A DNA stretch of 63,898 nt, counting the filler, from an uncultured Methanosarcinales archaeon (lineage in GTDB: Archaea > Nanobdellota > Nanobdellia > Woesearchaeales > JAGLXL01), in assembly GCA_964472345.1 (NCBI GenBank). It is 4 parts of 4 records of this genome, joined end to end, with 100 filler letters (N's around TTAATTAATTAA, not from the genome) between each part and the next. Parts side by side here need not be neighbours in the genome. Positions count along the whole stretch, not along the records: positions 56,165 to 63,898 come from CAYYLB010000059.1; 3 more parts are not named here. One strand, given 5' to 3'. Positions 59,146 through 63,898 of this stretch are shown here, piece by piece (position 1 is the stretch's first letter; each line of letters begins with the position of its first letter). Below the pieces are notes generated by a model that did no database searches, was not told the DNA's origin, and saw nothing but the letters and a program-made list of their open reading frames with translations. The translations under genes and the position numbers were made by a program.

Positions 59146-60273
59146 ATGGTCCGTGTCGCGTATGGCGTCTGCGGCGAAGGAATGGGCCATGCCACGCGGA
59201 GCAGTGTCGTGATCGAGTACCTCCGCAGCCGGGGGCACGATGTTTCCATTGTGGCGGGCAGCCGGGCGTACGACTACATTGCCGCCCGGGGCGGGCAGGT
59301 ATCACGCATCAAGGGCTTTCATCTTGTGTATGAAGGTGACAGGCTCCGCAATCTCACTTCCCTCCTGCAGGTCGTCCAGACGCTTCCGCACGGCTTGGGA
59401 GCATCGCTGCAGACGCTGGCGCGGGTGTTGTATGACTTCCGCCCGCAGGTCATCATCTCTGACTTCGAGTTCTTTACCGCATCTGCCGGCAAGGCGCTCG
59501 GCATCCCGGTCATCTCCGCGAACAATATCTCCATTCTCAGGAGAGCCCGTGTCGGGCGTCCCGGGCGTGGTGTGCCGCATGCCCGCTGGCTGGCGCTGCT
59601 GACGGAAATGATCAGCACGCTCCACGCCGATTATTATGTCATCCCCACCTTCTTTCACCCTCCGGCAAAGCGGCGGAACGTCATTCTTACCGATCCTCCC
59701 GTGCGCAAGGTTATCAGAAACGCCGCTCCCTCGACAGGGAAGCATGTTCTGGTGTACCAAACCTCGCAGACAAACCGCGCATTGCTCGATGCCCTCACCA
59801 AGGTCGATGGGCGGTTCGTGGTGTATGGATTCGGGAAGCGGCGGAAGAGAAAAAATCTCGCGTTTCACGCTTTTAACGAGCAGGCGTTTGTCAAGGATCT
59901 TGCGGCAGCAAAAGCGGTGATCACGGGCGGAGGATTCAGCCTTCTCTCGGAGGCGCTCGCTCTTCACAAACCGGTTTTTTGCGTTCCCCTGCGCAACCAC
60001 CACGAACAGCTCACGAATGCGATGATGCTGCAGGAGCTTCGGTTCGGGGAATGCCATGAGAAGCCGACAGCGCAGGATGTGGAGGATTTCCTGCTGAAGC
60101 TGCCGCTGTTCAGAAAATACCTCACTGCCTACCGGCCGGATCCTGACGCGTTTGCACGAACCATCGAGCGGCTTGTCCGGCGGTGCGCACGGGCGCCTGA
60201 TGAACGGAAGCTCCGCGTGCTCCGCCGCCTGTTTTCCCGCGGCGAGGGCTTCGCTTCTCCAAAAACTACATAA
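59146..60273 (+). CDS. GT-B glycosyltransferase (MJ1255/VC2487-like)
   Basis: YGVCGEGMGHATRS, ISDFE, GGFSLLSEAL, HEQLTNA. Confidence 0.9.
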   Translation: MVRVAYGVCGEGMGHATRSSVVIEYLRSRGHDVSIVAGSRAYDYIAARGGQVSRIKGFHLVYEGDRLRNLTSLLQVVQTLPHGLGASLQTLARVLYDFRPQVIISDFEFFTASAGKALGIPVISANNISILRRARVGRPGRGVPHARWLALLTEMISTLHADYYVIPTFFHPPAKRRNVILTDPPVRKVIRNAAPSTGKHVLVYQTSQTNRALLDALTKVDGRFVVYGFGKRRKRKNLAFHAFNEQAFVKDLAAAKAVITGGGFSLLSEALALHKPVFCVPLRNHHEQLTNAMMLQELRFGECHEKPTAQDVEDFLLKLPLFRKYLTAYRPDPDAFARTIERLVRRCARAPDERKLRVLRRLFSRGEGFASPKTT

Positions 60274-60296
60274 ATAACCCTGCGGTTCCCGATTCT

Positions 60297-60911
60297 ATGA
60301 TCATCACCATCTCCGGGAAGCCCGGAGCAGGCAAGACGACGGCCGCGAAGCTGCTTGCGGAAAGGCTCGGCTACACGTTCTACTCGATGGGCGACGTGCG
60401 CGGCCGCTGGGCGCAGGAGCGCGGCCTGACCATCGAACAGCTCAACGAGCTCGGCATGCAGGAGGACTGGACCGACAAGCAGGTTGATGCACACCAGGCG
60501 GAGATCGCAAAAAAGGAGAAAAATGCGGTCATCGAGTCGCGCCTCGGCTGGTACTTTATCCCTCAATCGGTGAAGATTTTCCTCGATGTTGGTGAGGCGA
60601 CGGGCGCACGGCGCATTTACGAAGCGCAGCAGCGGGAAGCGCGCCCCGATGAACCGAGGTATCGTTCCGTCGAAGAGGCGCAGCATGCACTCAAGCACCG
60701 GATCAGGCAGGATCTCGCCCGCTACCGGAAATACTACGGCGAAAAAACGGATTACCTCGACAGGAAGAACTACGATTTCGTCGTCGACACCACCAAACTC
60801 ACGCCGGAGCAGGCGGTTGGGAAAATCCTCGTCTATCTTGAAACTCGTGCCGGGACAAAGAATTTAAATAAGCCCGGCAAACAACGCGCATATGCCCATC
60901 AAAGAGCATGA
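60297..60911 (+). CDS. cmk: cytidylate kinase
   Basis: ITISGKPGAGKTT, ESRLG, RYRKYYG, YDFVVDTT. Confidence 0.92.
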   Translation: MIITISGKPGAGKTTAAKLLAERLGYTFYSMGDVRGRWAQERGLTIEQLNELGMQEDWTDKQVDAHQAEIAKKEKNAVIESRLGWYFIPQSVKIFLDVGEATGARRIYEAQQREARPDEPRYRSVEEAQHALKHRIRQDLARYRKYYGEKTDYLDRKNYDFVVDTTKLTPEQAVGKILVYLETRAGTKNLNKPGKQRAYAHQRA

Positions 60912-61650
60912 CTTCATCGAGCTTGAGTACACCGGAAGGCTCGCGGACAATACGGTCTTTGACACGACGAGCGGGCAGCCCGCACAGGAGCCGGGCACCG
61001 GCGAGCCGCAGGCCGCGGCTGAGCCGCTGGTGATCTGCGTCGGCGAGCGCCAGGTGGTGCCGGGCCTCGACCAGGCGCTGGCGGGGAAGGAGCTCAATGC
61101 GAGCTACACGGTCACGCTCAAGCCCGAGCAGGCATTCGGAAGGAAGGACGCGAAGAAGATCCGGCTGGTCCCATCACAGACATTCAGGGAGCAGCGCATC
61201 ATGCCACATCCCGGGCTGCAGGTGGAGATTGACAACCACCCGGCGACGGTGCTGAGCGTGAGCGGCGGGCGCGTGCTCGTCGACTTCAACCACCCTCTGG
61301 CGGGGAAAGAAGTCCTGTATGAATTCAAGGCGAAGCGGCTCGTCACTGACAAAGCGGAGCAGATCAGAAGCTACCTGCGGGCGGCAGTGCCGTTTCCGGC
61401 TGACGTGCAGGCGACGGACGGAAAGGCCCGCATCCTGCTGCCGCACGAGCTTCCTGAAGGGCTCACCACGGCGTTTGCGGCGAAGCTGCAGGAGCTGACC
61501 GGGCTTGAGATTGAGTTCGCGAAGGCTGCCCAGGCAGAGGAGCGGGCGGATGAGCAGCAGGAGAAAGAGCCGCGCGCGGCAGCGCAGCCGAAGCAGGAGA
61601 CCGGAAAGCAGCCTCCCGCAAAAAAGCCTGAGCAGATGGAAACTCCCTAG
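60892..61650 (+). CDS. FKBP-type peptidyl-prolyl isomerase (archaeal long type)
   Basis: YTGRL..VFDTT, PEQAFG, VDFNHPLAGK. Confidence 0.93.
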   Translation: MPIKEHDFIELEYTGRLADNTVFDTTSGQPAQEPGTGEPQAAAEPLVICVGERQVVPGLDQALAGKELNASYTVTLKPEQAFGRKDAKKIRLVPSQTFREQRIMPHPGLQVEIDNHPATVLSVSGGRVLVDFNHPLAGKEVLYEFKAKRLVTDKAEQIRSYLRAAVPFPADVQATDGKARILLPHELPEGLTTAFAAKLQELTGLEIEFAKAAQAEERADEQQEKEPRAAAQPKQETGKQPPAKKPEQMETP

Positions 61651-61719
61651 CCCCTGATAGCTTATACTACGCGAGAGTAAAAAACTTTATATAGAAGCGC
61701 CTGTTTGGCATTGGTGAGG

Positions 61720-62952
61720 ATGATTGAGGTGGAACCGTTCGTGCAACAGAACTCTTCTGGGTGGCAGGGTATGCCATCTACCCATCATCAGGAACTGCAG
61801 CCCGAGTTTGCTTCTCCGATGCCGGGCCCTGCACAAAGTTCAGCTCCTGCATGGGCACCAAACGACATCACCATCAAGGAAGCGATGCCCCGGAAGCGCG
61901 CGGACATCGATGCGGAGCTTGAGGCGCTGCTTGCGCAGCAAAAGACGCACATCAAGGTGATCGGCTGCGGCGGCGCGGGAAACAACACGATCAACCGCAT
62001 CGCGGAAGTCGGCGTGAAGGGGGCGGAAACGATCGCACTCAACACTGATGCGCAGGACCTGCTCTACACGACGTCAGACAAGAAGATCCTCATCGGACGG
62101 GAAACCACCCGCGGCCTCGGCGCCGGCTCGAACCCGAAGCTGGGCGAAGATGCCGCCCGTGAGCAGGAGATGGAAATCAAGAAGTCGCTTGAAGACGCGG
62201 ACATGGTGTTCGTCACGTGCGGCCTCGGCGGCGGCACCGGGACAGGATCAGCGCCGATCGTCGCGGAGCTTGGGCGGAAAATGGGCGCGCTGGTCGTCGG
62301 CATTGTCACGACTCCGTTCACCATGGAAGGCAGCAAGCGCTGGGAGAACGCGCAAATCGGCCTGGAAAAGCTCGAGGAGGCGGTTGATACGCTCATCGTC
62401 ATCCCGAACGAGAAGCTGCTTGAGCTGTGCCCGGATCTGCCGCTGCAGACGGCGTTCAAGGTCGCGGATGAGATCCTGACGAACGCGGTGAAAGGCATCG
62501 CAGAGCTGGTGACGAAGGCGGGCCTGGTCAACCTTGACTTTGCCGATATCCGCGCAATCATGTCCGACGGCGGCGTCGCGCTGATCGGGGTCGGCGAGTC
62601 TGATACGGCAGACCGTGCAAGCGAGGCGGTGCAGAAAGCGATTGAAAACCCCCTGCTTGATGTTGATGTCAACGGCGCGACCGGTGCGCTGATCAATGTC
62701 GCGGGCGGGGAAGACATGACGCTTGACGAGGCACGGCGCGTCGTCGATTCGGTTGCGCAGCATCTTGATCCTGAGGCGAAAATAATCTGGGGCGCGCAGA
62801 TCTACAAGGACCTGAAGAGGACGCTCCGCGTCATGCTGGTAATCACCGGCGTGAAATCGGACCAGATCCTCGGCAACAGCACCTTCCGGCGCGTTGCAGC
62901 AAAACGGAAGCAGGACATCGAGCACGAGCTTGGGATCGAGTTCATGAACTGA
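61720..62952 (+). CDS. ftsZ: cell division protein FtsZ
   Basis: GCGGAGNN, GLGGGTGTG, NLDFAD; exact start uncertain. Confidence 0.98.
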   Translation: MIEVEPFVQQNSSGWQGMPSTHHQELQPEFASPMPGPAQSSAPAWAPNDITIKEAMPRKRADIDAELEALLAQQKTHIKVIGCGGAGNNTINRIAEVGVKGAETIALNTDAQDLLYTTSDKKILIGRETTRGLGAGSNPKLGEDAAREQEMEIKKSLEDADMVFVTCGLGGGTGTGSAPIVAELGRKMGALVVGIVTTPFTMEGSKRWENAQIGLEKLEEAVDTLIVIPNEKLLELCPDLPLQTAFKVADEILTNAVKGIAELVTKAGLVNLDFADIRAIMSDGGVALIGVGESDTADRASEAVQKAIENPLLDVDVNGATGALINVAGGEDMTLDEARRVVDSVAQHLDPEAKIIWGAQIYKDLKRTLRVMLVITGVKSDQILGNSTFRRVAAKRKQDIEHELGIEFMN

Positions 62953-63008
62953 TGCTCCGCCAAGACGCCATGGGCTATTAATTCAGCGTCGCCTCAAAAA
63001 AAAGATGA

Positions 63009-63341
63009 TTATGGGTGAGGTCTCTGTCCTTTCAGGTGGTTACTAAGGTAATTTCTTGTTTCCAATCTTTCGAGTTCAAGTTTCCCTATTACACCACAAA
63101 GTAAGAGTAATATACAGACCACAAGAATAAATGAATATGCAAATACTTTCAAAGATAAATTTTCAATAGCCATTATAGCAAAGATGTATCCTAAAGTCGT
63201 TTGAAAAATCAGAATAATAAAATCAGTTATTTGCCCCCATAGACGATTATACTTTGAGTTGTACCTTTCGAAAATCCAATCTCCATCAATAGGGGGTGAT
63301 ACGGTTTTCGGTTTTACCATGAATGATTTCCCTTCTTCCAT
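63009..63341 (-). CDS. hypothetical membrane protein, AT-rich
   Basis: Two TM segments. Confidence 0.5.
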   Translation of the reverse strand: MEEGKSFMVKPKTVSPPIDGDWIFERYNSKYNRLWGQITDFIILIFQTTLGYIFAIMAIENLSLKVFAYSFILVVCILLLLCGVIGKLELERLETRNYLSNHLKGQRPHP

Positions 63342-63537
63342 GAATCAAGAGAATTAAACCTATAGAAATGGACAATAAAAAGACAACTGAATAGGGTTGG
63401 GAAATTTTAAAAAAGAAATAAAAGAAAGCCACAAGACCATAAAATATTCCAAACAAACCTATAATAATCTGGGCTTGGATTAGATTTTCTTCTCCCATAA
63501 ATGCGTCCACGATTAGCTTATTTAATTTTTTAAGCAT
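63286..63537 (-). CDS. hypothetical membrane protein, AT-rich
   Basis: Two TM segments. Confidence 0.5.
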   Translation of the reverse strand: MLKKLNKLIVDAFMGEENLIQAQIIIGLFGIFYGLVAFFYFFFKISQPYSVVFLLSISIGLILLIHGRREIIHGKTENRITPY

Positions 63538-63540
63538 CTT

Positions 63541-63789
63541 TTATTCACACCCTTTCAGATTAAAGCCATCACTCTGTGCTTTCTCAAGAGAGTCGTAAAC
63601 AACTAAATTATTACTTGGTATTTGATTAATTACACCCATACATTTTGAATAACTATATAATTCTTTAGTTGCACTATCCCCCATAAATGCAGAATCCCTA
63701 TGTAAAAAAACTGCCGTAGTCCCCACCACCACAATACCTACAATGAACAAGATTCCAAGGAGCTCTAATGTTTGTCCTTTATTATCCAT
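63541..63789 (-). CDS. small protein with class III signal peptide
   Basis: MDNKGQ followed by a hydrophobic stretch; TATA upstream. Confidence 0.65.
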   Translation of the reverse strand: MDNKGQTLELLGILFIVGIVVVGTTAVFLHRDSAFMGDSATKELYSYSKCMGVINQIPSNNLVVYDSLEKAQSDGFNLKGCE

Positions 63790-63898
63790 GGGATTGATTT
63801 AACAAGTAAGCTGTCTTTAAAAGGTTTACGCAAATTAGCTTAGCGGAATTAAAGAGAAGGCACTTTCAGGTAACGCTTACTTTACAGCCCGTACCGCC

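Noticed and set aside
63840..63898. Possible start of an RNA gene at the window end
   Set aside because: Too short to recognise; no tRNA or rRNA could be supported anywhere in the window.

Overview
Archaeal DNA, most consistent with a DPANN lineage such as Woesearchaeota. Supporting genes are LonB, Kae1, Cdc6/Orc1, L35Ae, Dph5 and FtsZ, plus class III signal peptides and TATA boxes about 25 nt before start codons. The window is four contigs joined by artificial 100-bp N/TTAATTAATTAA linkers (18833-18932, 37683-37782, 56065-56164), so adjacency across linkers is not real. A 55-bp exact overlap shows that the contig ending at 37682 continues at 56165. Housekeeping genes are interspersed with about nine toxin-antitoxin modules, two of which have a broken toxin. 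Main findings: (1) lonB is split into two coupled ORFs inside its intein, with a LAGLIDADG endonuclease fused to IntN, a 39-aa IntC and an atypical Thr1; this is a candidate naturally split, endonuclease-bearing intein. (2) Two families of MITE-like elements occur; family A has IS6-like termini, exact 8-bp target duplications and covarying hairpins, and one copy disrupts a PemK/MazF toxin. (3) A ~12-kb operon of large exported proteins has TA genes threaded into it, a duplicated gene end and short bridging ORFs. (4) A 58-aa CC-x3-CC peptide is coupled to a large metal-site TIM-barrel enzyme. (5) Partner-switching parts (RsbW-like kinase, PP2C, STAS) occur in an archaeon. All family assignments come from motif recognition by eye; no database searches were run.
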